Shown here: positions 27,732 to 37,700 of the stretch, piece after piece
Layout of the letters: every line of letters starts with the position of its first letter
Position numbering within the stretch: the stretch's first letter is position 1
DNA from: a virus
Reading direction: 5' to 3' (one strand)
IMG/VR virus record: IMGVR_UViG_3300035698_016797
Coordinates: 64,001-128,000 of that record
DNA: 64,000 bases
Made by a program: the position numbers and the translations under genes
Notes under the pieces: model-generated
Database searches by the model: none
Told to the model about the DNA's origin: nothing
Seen by the model: only the letters and a program-made list of their open reading frames with translations

Positions 27732-28821
27732 ATTCTCTACCTTTGCGTTTCATTATATAATGTTCTATGACCTGTGTGCGCAAATTATCAAATAAATCCA
27801 TCTCTTCCATAAAGAGATTCTTTAGCTGTCTTAATCCCTGAACCTTATGATCTCCGATAGTAATCCAACTACTATCCTTTTGTACAAGGCTGTACTCTGT
27901 GGCGAGTTTCATACAGTCTGCTACGGAATCAATTCCAAGACCATACTCGATGTTAAACTCTGCTGTTCTAAATGGGTTGTCAATCTTGCTTTTGGCAACC
28001 TTACCTTTAACAGTATGTCCAGTAACATCCCCTGTTGGAGTTTTAATTGACCCCGTTCTACGCAAGTCAAGACGCACAGAAAGTGCATGTTTCAAAGCCC
28101 TGCCTCCTGGAGTAGTCTCTGGACTTCCAAACGTAACTCCAATTTTCTCTCGAATCTGATTGGTCACAACACATGCGGTGTTTGATCTCTCTAGCTGTAG
28201 GGGCAGCTTGTTTACCATATCAGTAACAAGCCTTGCCAGTGTGGCAACATGTCTATCTCCAATTTCTCCCTTCATCACAGCCTCTGGAATCAATGCCGCA
28301 ATAGAGTCTAATATCAGAAGACCTATCTCTCCGGTGCTAATGAGATTTAAAACTGCCTTAACAGCATTCTCTCCTGTATCAGGCCGAACAACCAACAGGT
28401 CATTAGTTGAAACCCCTTGTGCACTTGCATACTTAAAGTCGTACGCATGTTCGGCGTCAATAAATGCACACTTCAAACCCTGCATCTGTGCAGATGCTAT
28501 AAGGTGACTACATAATGTAGTTTTACCACAACTCTCAGGACCGAACACTTCAGTAAGACGTCCACGAGGAACTCCCATTGAATATGTTCCATCGGCTCTT
28601 TTTGAAACAGGACCGATAGCGAAGTCCAAAGCTAAAGAACCTGTTGAGATCTGGTCGTAAACTCCCATGGCTCCATCTTCTATACCTATTTGATAGGTTG
28701 TATCAGAATCTTTACAGATAGTATTGAGAGTATTTGTAATAAGTGGAGAAAAAGTTTTCTGCTTAAGCTTTAACTCTTTACCTACGTCTTCAACTGTGGC
28801 AACTTTCTTTCGTCTACCCAT
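27622..28821 (-). CDS. recA: RecA recombinase
   Basis: STGSLALD, GPESCGKTT, FIDAEH, LDSIAAL, TNQIREKIGVTFGSPETTPGGRALK. Confidence 0.97.
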   Translation of the reverse strand: MGRRKKVATVEDVGKELKLKQKTFSPLITNTLNTICKDSDTTYQIGIEDGAMGVYDQISTGSLALDFAIGPVSKRADGTYSMGVPRGRLTEVFGPESCGKTTLCSHLIASAQMQGLKCAFIDAEHAYDFKYASAQGVSTNDLLVVRPDTGENAVKAVLNLISTGEIGLLILDSIAALIPEAVMKGEIGDRHVATLARLVTDMVNKLPLQLERSNTACVVTNQIREKIGVTFGSPETTPGGRALKHALSVRLDLRRTGSIKTPTGDVTGHTVKGKVAKSKIDNPFRTAEFNIEYGLGIDSVADCMKLATEYSLVQKDSSWITIGDHKVQGLRQLKNLFMEEMDLFDNLRTQVIEHYIMKRKGREYGEAQNITDKECIQDAENPTDNAEKDSTPTEGVAGA

Positions 28822-28849
28822 AATTTATCTCCTATATAATATTTGATAC

Positions 28850-28877
28850 AATGTACTACTACTGTATAAAAATTCAA
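28850..28877 (-). promoter_or_regulatory. Sigma70-like promoter upstream of recA
   Basis: Minus strand TTGAAT-16 bp-TACATT in the 57-bp gap; same -10 hexamer as the promoter at 10378. Confidence 0.4.
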
Positions 28878-28878
28878 G

Positions 28879-29946
28879 TTAGTTATTTTTATTTCTTACT
28901 TTTTTCCTATACTCTTCTGTTCTTTTGGACATCAATTCGTGAGCCTTCTTTGCTGTGTCAGAATTACGCAAGTTGTGCAGCCTTTCCTGCTCTGTAATAT
29001 CTTCAAAGATTTGCTCTACTATGTCCATTATCCATTGTGTACCTATGACGGCCATACTAGGCTTGATAGGTCTGTTAATCTTCTCCGAAATCTTGTCAGT
29101 ATGAAGGAATATTGTTTTTAGTAGCCTATAGAGGATTTTGTTCCCATACTTTTTCATATACCGACCCATCAATTTACAATCTTTACCCCATACAGGAAAA
29201 CTGAGGACACTTGTTGTGTCTTGACTGTGTGCAATACCACAGAAATAGAATATCACAAAATCTCTACTGGTCCAGTCTGAGATGTTCTTTTCAAGAGTCT
29301 CTTCTAGTAACATGTATTCTCGATACACAGGGTAAGACTTAAGAGCTTCGTCTGGATCAACCTTAACTCTCTTATCCTTTCCATTAGAAGAAGATTTTTT
29401 AGATTCTAAAGGAGAAGCGACAACGCTCGCTTCCTTCTCTTCAATATGAGTCTCTTCAATATGAGTCTCTTTAAGGGAGGTTAACCCCTGTTTACTTCCC
29501 GAGGTTAACACGGGTTTACTTCCCGAGGTTAATATGGGTTTACTTCCCGAAGTTAACACGGGTTTACTTCCTGATTCCAACTCTTCGTCTGCAAGAGCAG
29601 ATGCGTCTATATTATCCAGTTCAGAATCTCCTTCGTGGAAGAGAGGATGGTCTAAAAAGAAGTATACACAAGACCTGTTATTTCTTCTGTCAACACCTTT
29701 TGGTTTTGTAACTTCTACTAGTGCCACGTTTTCTAGCTCTACTAAATATTTGAGAATAGTAGGTTTTGAAACTCCTAGTGCTTCTGCAAGAGTATTTTGT
29801 TTGGGGAAACAAAATCCATCTCTTCCTGCATATTGGGCGAGTCTACCATATGTAATCTTAGCACCGGCAGATATGATTTTGCTTTCAACAAGACAGTTCG
29901 GAATAAAGATTCCAACAAACTTCCTGTGTGGATTTATCCTATTCAT
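28879..29946 (-). CDS. Phage replication initiator (N-terminal winged HTH)
   Basis: AKITYGRLAQYAG..GFCFPKQNTLAEALGVSKPTILKYLVELE; low-complexity linker with 8-aa repeats; first gene of the replisome operon. Confidence 0.75.
   Translation of the reverse strand: MNRINPHRKFVGIFIPNCLVESKIISAGAKITYGRLAQYAGRDGFCFPKQNTLAEALGVSKPTILKYLVELENVALVEVTKPKGVDRRNNRSCVYFFLDHPLFHEGDSELDNIDASALADEELESGSKPVLTSGSKPILTSGSKPVLTSGSKQGLTSLKETHIEETHIEEKEASVVASPLESKKSSSNGKDKRVKVDPDEALKSYPVYREYMLLEETLEKNISDWTSRDFVIFYFCGIAHSQDTTSVLSFPVWGKDCKLMGRYMKKYGNKILYRLLKTIFLHTDKISEKINRPIKPSMAVIGTQWIMDIVEQIFEDITEQERLHNLRNSDTAKKAHELMSKRTEEYRKKVRNKNN
29436..29470. repeat. 15-bp tandem repeat (TCTCTTCAATATGAG x2.3)
   Basis: Directly visible; encodes ETHIEETHIEE and lies next to the 24-bp array. 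Confidence 0.8.
29477..29572. repeat. Four tandem 24-bp repeats, candidate iterons/origin
   Basis: GAGGTTAACCCCTGTTTACTTCCC / GAGGTTAACACGGGTTTACTTCCC / GAGGTTAATATGGGTTTACTTCCC / GAAGTTAACACGGGTTTACTTCCT. Confidence 0.9.
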
Positions 29947-30002
29947 TTTTTTTTATCTCCTTATGAATACAGGTTGAGTTGGTGGCAAGATATCATATTT
30001 TA

Positions 30003-30016
30003 TCGTGTGTTCAAGT
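30003..30016. repeat. 14-bp intergenic motif TCGTGTGTTCAAGT, copy 2
   Basis: Exact match to 10386-10399; lies in the divergent gap upstream of the initiator gene. Confidence 0.6.
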
Positions 30017-30086
30017 GATGCGATCATGTTTTAAGTGAAAAAATCCCCATGCCAAAGGCATAATATATAACATGGAGGACTCAATA

Positions 30087-30707
30087 ATGAACAATGCTAT
30101 TGTAAAAAACCTGTTTTATGTCTATCTTCTGTCTTTTACCTTGGGATTTTCTGGATGCATCAGCTCACCATTTGCACAACGTAGAATCACAAAAACTGAA
30201 CTTTCTAGCTCAAGAGAAGCTGCTGCCGTAAAAGAACGGTCAGCGTCGGTCGTTCATCATTCCCAAACTATACAGTCAACCTCAAAAAAAACAAGAAAAG
30301 ACTTGAAAATTGATGAAAGTATAGGTAAAGTAGCTCCAGAAACCTATGAAAGAACTGCCAGTAGATTACAATTCATAGAGGGGGAAGCAAAACAAATCGA
30401 AAATAAAGGTCTTGACAACATTAAGTCAAGCAGGCATATTATCTCCATAAATGACGGACAAGTGCAGTTAACATGGTGGGGCAAGCTGATTATAGTAGGA
30501 ATAGTCTCCTTTTTTGTACTTGGATTATTGTCTTGGTTAACCCTAACCCTAAAACAATGGGGGCTACTCAAAGGTATAAGGATGGCTACAGAAGGTACGG
30601 CTGAACTTGTTGGAAAAAAATGGTTAATAGATGACCGAACAGAAAATTCCCATATGTCTCCGTACATGTTTGAGAAGGCAGTGGATAGACAACAGAAAAA
30701 AGCTTAA
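30087..30707 (+). CDS. Lipoprotein with C-terminal transmembrane helix (unimolecular-spanin-like architecture)
   Basis: GGAGG SD then MNNAIVKN-LFYVYLLSFTLG-FSGC lipobox; TM LIIVGIVSFFVLGLLSWLTLTL followed by basic residues. Confidence 0.55.
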   Translation: MNNAIVKNLFYVYLLSFTLGFSGCISSPFAQRRITKTELSSSREAAAVKERSASVVHHSQTIQSTSKKTRKDLKIDESIGKVAPETYERTASRLQFIEGEAKQIENKGLDNIKSSRHIISINDGQVQLTWWGKLIIVGIVSFFVLGLLSWLTLTLKQWGLLKGIRMATEGTAELVGKKWLIDDRTENSHMSPYMFEKAVDRQQKKA

Positions 30708-30732
30708 TAATGTAAACAGAGGAGTGTTCAAT

Positions 30733-31992
30733 ATGCAAACTGATGAAAAAAGGTTTGAAGACTACATCGAAGAGGTTGAATTCCTTATGAGACCGGTCGA
30801 AGAAGGAGGCAAGGGTTTGGGACGTATCCTCTTAGCTCGCGAACTGGGTATACATCCAAGCAGAGCACAGAGATGGATGATTAAGGTTGCAAGTCTACAA
30901 AACGGTAGCGACACAGAAGTTATGCTGGAAGTCGTACAGCTTGCACAAAGTAAACAAAAACTACAAGATAAAAATCGCATTCAAGGTAAGGTTTTTAGGG
31001 AAAGTGCAAGAATAGGAAACTCTATAGAGGCTTATACTAAACAGTTGATTGATGTGATTACCGCAAATCAGATTCATACAACCACAGAATTCCAGAGTGA
31101 AAACTCTTCGGCAGTAGGGATTGTTCATGTGTCTGATGCTCATTTTAATGAACTTGTGGATATGTGTAGCAATAAATACAACTTTAGAGTTGCGTCGGCA
31201 CGTTTTAAGAAACTTGCAACAAAGGTTCTTCAGTGTGCTGAAGCGTTTGGGATTACAAACCTTCTGTTGGCAATGACTGGTGATATGATGAATTCAGACC
31301 GAAGGCTTGATGAACTCCTGTCCATGACTACCAACAGAACTAATGCAACGTTTCTTGCTGTAGATATTCTTCAACAGTTTATCGTTCACCTAAACTCTAA
31401 GTGTAATGTTACAGTTGCCTATGTTACAGGTAACGAGTCACGTATACAAAAAGATATAGGGTGGAGCAAAATGGTTGCTACGGACAATTACGACACAACC
31501 ATTTTTAACATCCTCAAGTATTATTTCAACAACTCAGATGGAATTGACTTTATAGACGGAGATCCAAGGGAACTCGTAGTGAATGTTGCTGGCAAAAATA
31601 TCCTCATGATACATGGCCATGGCAATGTAATAAAGGGTGATGTTGAAAAAAGCGTTGAACAAATTAAGGGAAGATATGCTTCTCATGGCACTAATATCGA
31701 CTATGTTATCTTTGGACATAAACACTCTGCGTGTATAGGAGACGTGTTTGCAAGAGCAGGTTCGGTTGTAGGAGGAAATGCCTATAGCGAAATGGGTCTT
31801 AACCTTAGCAGCAGGGCGAGTCAAAATCTCTACGTTGTTAATGAGGACGGATCTCTTGATGGGATGAAAATTGACCTTCAAACGTATGACGAAAACGATC
31901 GTTATGACATAGAAGAAAGTCTTGAATCATATAACCCCAAAAGCGAAAACAAGATTGTTGATCACAACACAGTCTTTCAAGTAGTAGTATAG
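30733..31992 (+). CDS. HTH plus calcineurin-like metallophosphoesterase
   Basis: LARELGIHPSRAQRW; HVSDAH, TGDMM, GNES, IHGHG, FGHKH. AGAGGAG SD before ATG 30733. Confidence 0.85.
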   Translation: MQTDEKRFEDYIEEVEFLMRPVEEGGKGLGRILLARELGIHPSRAQRWMIKVASLQNGSDTEVMLEVVQLAQSKQKLQDKNRIQGKVFRESARIGNSIEAYTKQLIDVITANQIHTTTEFQSENSSAVGIVHVSDAHFNELVDMCSNKYNFRVASARFKKLATKVLQCAEAFGITNLLLAMTGDMMNSDRRLDELLSMTTNRTNATFLAVDILQQFIVHLNSKCNVTVAYVTGNESRIQKDIGWSKMVATDNYDTTIFNILKYYFNNSDGIDFIDGDPRELVVNVAGKNILMIHGHGNVIKGDVEKSVEQIKGRYASHGTNIDYVIFGHKHSACIGDVFARAGSVVGGNAYSEMGLNLSSRASQNLYVVNEDGSLDGMKIDLQTYDENDRYDIEESLESYNPKSENKIVDHNTVFQVVV

Positions 31993-32001
31993 GAAGTTAA
32001 C

Positions 32002-32277
32002 ATGGCATTTTATCAAACAGGCGAAAGTGCTGGAGGCATTAAGGTAAACCCTAAACATCTGCAAGGATTGATGGGAAATTTAAAAGAATTCTTTGGATGT
32101 TTTAGAATTTATGGAGTGACTCCAAACGGAGATTACGTATTCTTGAATGAAGAAAAATCCAACATGGAAACAGGTGCCTTGAATGATTTAGCAGGTACAG
32201 TTCTACAAAATTTGTTTACCAGGGTTGGATGTGAAGAAGGAGAAGGAGAAGACGAAGAAGAGGAAATGTCAAGCTAA
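32002..32277 (+). CDS. Small acidic hypothetical protein
   Basis: 91 aa, AGGA SD, Glu-rich tail; stop codon overlaps the convergent protease stop. Confidence 0.6.
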   Translation: MAFYQTGESAGGIKVNPKHLQGLMGNLKEFFGCFRIYGVTPNGDYVFLNEEKSNMETGALNDLAGTVLQNLFTRVGCEEGEGEDEEEEMSS

Positions 32278-32984
32278 GCTCTCTGTTTGAGTATCTTATA
32301 AATTGTGTTTTTAACACTTGATCTATTGACAGGCTGTAACTGGTTTAGGAAGTCCTTTCTGGTTACAGACCTGTCATAGCTTTTTGCCAGAGCGGCAATT
32401 CCAGACACAAATGCAGCAGAAACACTGTGACCACTCATTTCTTTTTCATTCCCAAACGGCCATGCAGAAGTGAGAGTGTGTGGTGCCACTAGGTTGTAAT
32501 ATATATCGGTTTGCTCAAACGATGCAACTGCTATCACGAATGGATATATGGATGGATATGTTCCATTAGAAGACGCACTAACAACTATGGTCCCGTTATG
32601 ATCCAATCTCTCTAGCATTTCTTTAATCTCTGGATCTTCAATAGTGTAGGCTAAGCTTAAGTTTATAACGTCTGGTTGTAATTTTAACGCCCACTCTATT
32701 CCATTACGTAACCATTCAACCCTTCCGCTACTAGTCTGAGAAACGTGTGCAATATTAAGAGTACACTCCTGTGCCAACTGACATATGGTTCCAGCAACGT
32801 GAGTACAGTGACTCTCTGCATAAAACTCTCTTCCAGGAACAAACCTCTTAACGATTCCAACGTTTTGTCTTATCATGGGATGTGCGGTATCTATTGCGGA
32901 GTCACATATTAGAACAGAAGAGTCTCTCCCTTTGGAATCTATCCATTCTATTGGAACCGACTTTAAACTATACTCCTGGTGCAT
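32274..32984 (-). CDS. Subtilisin-like (S8) serine protease
   Basis: ICDSAID (Asp), SHCTHVAGTI (His), VINLSL, SGHSVSAAFVSGIAAL (Ser). Start at 32984 preferred over 33071. Confidence 0.85.
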   Translation of the reverse strand: MHQEYSLKSVPIEWIDSKGRDSSVLICDSAIDTAHPMIRQNVGIVKRFVPGREFYAESHCTHVAGTICQLAQECTLNIAHVSQTSSGRVEWLRNGIEWALKLQPDVINLSLAYTIEDPEIKEMLERLDHNGTIVVSASSNGTYPSIYPFVIAVASFEQTDIYYNLVAPHTLTSAWPFGNEKEMSGHSVSAAFVSGIAALAKSYDRSVTRKDFLNQLQPVNRSSVKNTIYKILKQRA

Positions 32985-34284
32985 TTTGATCTGATCCTTC
33001 AAAATTATCCTCCACCACAAATTGAGCATCAGTAACCCACACCTCATGTCTTCCTCCAAAGTTATCCTCAAGGATTACTAGAGCCTTTCCTAACACTTCT
33101 GCCCCTAGACACTGTTCTACCCAATTGCCGTCCTCAGACAAGCCTGCTGCAATATTAAAGCTTACTGGTTGTCCATGTAGTCCTGTTGGTAGATCCCATT
33201 CATCAGTAGTGGAATAACAATTTGCAGATGCTGGGTCATTAAGGTATGGAATGTCTCCTCCTCCGCCAGACATTTCAGAATCGTCATAAAACTCTCCGCT
33301 TGGATCTACAGTGTTATATCTAAGCTCTCCACTAGGATTTTTGGTTAGAAATTCGTGATAATAATTTCCAGGAGAACCAACATTTCCATCATCATCACTG
33401 AATGGTGATTGAATTACGCTACTATAAAGATCTCTGTATGGAATTTGTACATTGACTTCAAACCCATCTCCAAAATCTTCATCATCTACGTCTCTGTCTT
33501 CGTGATATTGCCATCTTTCCCAGTCCGAATGTATCACAGTTTGATATTCAATTGTTGGATAGATGTAATATTTATCTGCATATCCATATCTTCTTGCGAT
33601 GTTGTCTTCAACTGGACCATCACTTGATTCATAATGATAATCCTCTCTTCCCGCTGCATACTTACGTGGTATTGTCCATTCACAATTGGGAGGAAACGCA
33701 TCAGGAGACCAGTTCCAAGTACTGACTCCGCTTGGGTCATTAGCAGCCCTTAAGGCGTGATCTCTTATCATCTCAATATCATCTTGCCAATATTCTATTG
33801 GAAGGGTTCTCCCAAGATTTACCCAATAGAAGAAGTTGTCCTTTGTTTCTCTGTACGGTCCATGTGTGTGCATTTCTCTACTTGCATCATATTTTATCCC
33901 AGTTTTTCCAATAACACTGATTTGATCGTCATTATTTTCTGAACTATCCCACGGCTGTATATATATACGTCTCCAAAATTCACGGATGTAGAAAAACCAT
34001 TTTGGTGTTCCTATAATTTTCATGTTGTCAGGAATATTTGAATCAAATTCTTTGACTCTTTCAGACCATGTGTCTTCAAGTTTGAACCTGTAGTTTTGGA
34101 CACCCTTGTACGCCTGTCCACCACTTGAACTAGTAGGATCATGTCCAAGCATAAAGAAATGAACATGTCCTCTGTGTTTATAGGGATTACTTTGCCATCC
34201 AGAAGAGTATGTATACGTTCTAAAAATCCACTGATCGTGAAAAATATAATACAGCGGGAAAAACCTTAATCCTTGTCCTATCAT
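32968..34284 (-). CDS. Putative virion/tail-associated protein
   Basis: 438 aa, Trp/Tyr/Asp-rich, in the tail operon; three PSG motifs. Confidence 0.55.
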   Translation of the reverse strand: MIGQGLRFFPLYYIFHDQWIFRTYTYSSGWQSNPYKHRGHVHFFMLGHDPTSSSGGQAYKGVQNYRFKLEDTWSERVKEFDSNIPDNMKIIGTPKWFFYIREFWRRIYIQPWDSSENNDDQISVIGKTGIKYDASREMHTHGPYRETKDNFFYWVNLGRTLPIEYWQDDIEMIRDHALRAANDPSGVSTWNWSPDAFPPNCEWTIPRKYAAGREDYHYESSDGPVEDNIARRYGYADKYYIYPTIEYQTVIHSDWERWQYHEDRDVDDEDFGDGFEVNVQIPYRDLYSSVIQSPFSDDDGNVGSPGNYYHEFLTKNPSGELRYNTVDPSGEFYDDSEMSGGGGDIPYLNDPASANCYSTTDEWDLPTGLHGQPVSFNIAAGLSEDGNWVEQCLGAEVLGKALVILEDNFGGRHEVWVTDAQFVVEDNFEGSDQNAPGV

Positions 34285-34293
34285 AATAATCTC

Positions 34294-34722
34294 CTATGTT
34301 GTTGGTGGAGGGATTGGTGCTGGCAAATTTGTAGATACGTATAAGTGCGATACATAGTTTGGTTTTAGCAGGTGATCAACGTTCCTCATTAATCCAATGA
34401 GGTGAAACTCTTTAATGTGGTCAGGCTCATTACTCGGGGCACCAAGATATGAGGATATTCCTTCGTATCTTGGTTCTACGACCTTGCTGAAATTCCAGAA
34501 TGGATGTGGTTGTATCCACATTGTCATTGCAGAACTAGATGCATTTCCATCTGCAAGGAGTGGTGGGCTTGGACTTCCGGCATCAACATCTATAGCTACT
34601 ACCTTGTGAAATCTCACAAACTGCATATCTTCTCCACTAATGCTTGCATATGGAGATACTCCCATAATCCTTCCGGTATATGTAATGTCTCCTTGTGCCA
34701 TTTTACAGCTCCTCGTATCCAT
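34294..34722 (-). CDS. Hypothetical protein (tail operon)
   Basis: 142 aa, overlaps the end of the 1751-aa gene; Pro-rich C-terminus. Confidence 0.55.
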   Translation of the reverse strand: MDTRSCKMAQGDITYTGRIMGVSPYASISGEDMQFVRFHKVVAIDVDAGSPSPPLLADGNASSSAMTMWIQPHPFWNFSKVVEPRYEGISSYLGAPSNEPDHIKEFHLIGLMRNVDHLLKPNYVSHLYVSTNLPAPIPPPTT

Positions 34723-37700
34723 CTCCGAACTTTAAGTACTTTATTTCCTCGTGATACAAAAAGTTTGATGGACTCATCTCTCCATCGTAAGTTTCTGATT
34801 CACTAGGTGTCATCCACGACCCTCTTACAAATATATTCTTAGAGGTATCATCGTTGCGAAACTCTATCATAATTTGTACGTCTGCTTCTGCCGATACATT
34901 TTGAAGTTCACTTGGAACATATGTAAGTGGAAGTTCTATTGATTTTGCATTCCCAAATTTGCTTGATTCCACATTGTTTATGTCTCCAGAGGGATTCCAC
35001 CAAGAAGAATTGCGATCCCACACGTTTACCCACGTCCTATCCTCAAGTGTTGCTGTTTTCACCAGAACATTTCCACTATTACTATCATTGTAGTACATTC
35101 TTTTTACATATGTACCATAATACAAATCCTCAACTACGCATGGATTCATAGTATTTGCAGTATCTATTTCAACCTGTTCATCTGTCCAGATTTCTCCATC
35201 TATGGACGTTTGACTGTAGATTTTACTACCACCAGCAACATATCTTGTATAGTACATTTGATAACCACTTGGGGTCATTATAGCATATGGAGTGTTTAAT
35301 ACGTCAGAAGATTCTATGACGGGACTTCCTCCATTCTCTGCTGTGAAATATGTCCCATCCTCAGAGGTGGAATAGAAAATTCCGCTTGGACTAGTAGAGT
35401 TACAATACCACATGTGATATGAACTTCCATCATATACTACAGAAGGACTGTACACTCCGTTTCCAATGTTTGTCTCAAGTATGTCAGACCAAGCATCTCC
35501 ATCTAATGATTGTGTGTATGCAATACGGTTTTGAGATCCATTGTATACGGTAAGCCACATTTTGAAAATACCACCGGAATACATCACAAAAGGTGTATAT
35601 GCAGAGGCATATCCAGTTTCGCTTTCCAGTGTTGTTACTGCATCTTTTGGAAACGCCTGTTCATATTCCCCAAAATTCTCAGGAGTTTTTCCTCTTGCGT
35701 GTAGTATAACGTTTTCATTAAAAGTATTAGGTTTTGAATACCACATGTAATATTGGTGTTCTTCTGTGATTGCAACAACAGGACGCGATCTATCTATTCC
35801 ATATGGAACCCAAATGGTTGGGTTTTCTATCTCGTGATCACTGTGGGTAACAGGTCTATCTGTTGGGAATGTCACACTTTCAGATGTTGCCCAAACTGGA
35901 GTCTTATCATTGAGAGAGTACCATATGTTATAAAGAGAAGCCTCTTGTAACGACTCGTCTGCATACATGGTGTAATCAATATCTATTTCAGACAATGATG
36001 GGTAGACATCAATGGAGGTAATTAATGGCCTAGGCTCTTCTAGTGGAGCAATACTCCATGTGTTATAAGCCCTGGTTCTCCATTGATAGGTGGTATTGAA
36101 CTCTGCAACTCCAGAAGGTAATGTATCTGTCATTGTAGGGTATGTGTTGTTGATAAAAAAGTCCTCTCTATCCCCTGGCATATCATCCTTGTCAAGGATA
36201 TACGTACACATAACTGACTCTTGAGCCTGTATTGTTGTTTCTGTAGATCCCAAAAAACTCTCGTCGTTATTTGCTGTAAACCCTTCATCCCATGGCTGTC
36301 CTTCTCCGTCTCCAAAGCCTTCCCACTGTTTGTCAAAGTCTTGCATAGACAAATCAACTTCTCCGTCTGGAGGATTCATGCTTTCCCTATTTGGTCCGCC
36401 AACAATTCTGTCACCATCGCTGGTAAATAAATAATCTCTCAATGGCAACCCACTCTGGGAACTGAACGCAGAGGTAAAATCTAATTGAAATTGATGATAA
36501 ACTTCATATCTTTCATCGTACGAGACTTGATAGTCATCGTTGGCGTCAAAAGCATCGTCTCCATAAGGCATACTTTCCACCCTAAATCTAAATATTCCAT
36601 TGGCAGTAAGGTTCCCTATGTATCCATTGTTATAGTATCCCTGATCAATAAGGTCTTTTCTTATATCCTTTTCTGCCTCATCTCTTACATTCCTCCAATA
36701 AGGAATTTCAACATTGCGCATTCCATCTATTAGTTCACGCTTCTCTGCAACAACTTCATCCCTACTAACTCCTGGAACTATTTCCTTTTCCCACCATGCG
36801 GTTATTCCTACAAAATCATCTGGAACACCGCTTGCATTTGGAGGATCATAGAAATTATAGATACCGGAAGGAGATGGTTTAATCATCATTTCATCAATTT
36901 CTTTTTCAAGTCTGTCGATCTCTCCAGAAAGGTGAAGAGGTGGGTCCATTTTTTCAAGAGAGTCTGTTTCTTCATCATAAACATATTCTTGTATGTGTCC
37001 GGTCATCCTTCTCAGTTCCAGTTCCGCCTTGTTAAGCACTGGATTATGACGCTTGTTCCAGTTAAAAATTGGAGCAGTCAAACCATTCAAAAGTTTAGAT
37101 GGACACACCTCCATGCGAATACGATATTTATCTCCCGGCGTCAAATCTTCTGTTGCAATAAGCCAATTCACAGTGTGCTCGTTTGACCCTTCAACAGAGG
37201 ACAGGCTGTATCTTTCCCCGGTAACATTCCCATCGTTAATTTGTGTAAACGTTTCTCCATCGGTCGAATACCATAAATTTGTGACATGATAGTCGTCTCC
37301 TTGAGAATCATCAAGCCTAAAATTGATAACCAGAGTCTTGCTCCATGGCTCATAAGATGTGGAAGTTATGTTTGCAGGGTTTGACGCATGTCTATCCACA
37401 AAAAACTTGTTACTATATACCCACGTAGAGAATGTTCGAGAAACGCTATCGTATTGACGTATGCGCAGTCGGTAGTCATATCCCTCTTCTAACAGTTGTT
37501 TGTTTATGATGTCCCAGTATGCGTGCCAACGATTTGGTTGCACTAATTTAGCGTCTGCCTCTGATACATATTCAGAATCTTCAGAATTTACATCGTAATA
37601 ATCAGTGTGTTCTGTGTCGCTCAGATATTTTGACACCTGCAAGTGAATCATTGATGTATCACTGACCGTTGCCTGCCAATGTAGTGTATTATAGGCATCC

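Noticed and set aside
29477-29572. 24-bp repeats as a CRISPR array
   Set aside because: The repeats are contiguous with no spacers and lie in frame inside a gene.
29946-29954. Homopolymer runs (T9 at 29946, A9 at 10416, T-run at 3400) as phase-variation switches
   Set aside because: All are intergenic runs in an AT-rich genome; there is no evidence of length variation from a single sequence.
30049-30061. ATGCC-AAA-GGCAT hairpin as an N4-type promoter
   Set aside because: A 5-bp stem is expected by chance, the loop does not match, and there is no virion RNA polymerase in the window.
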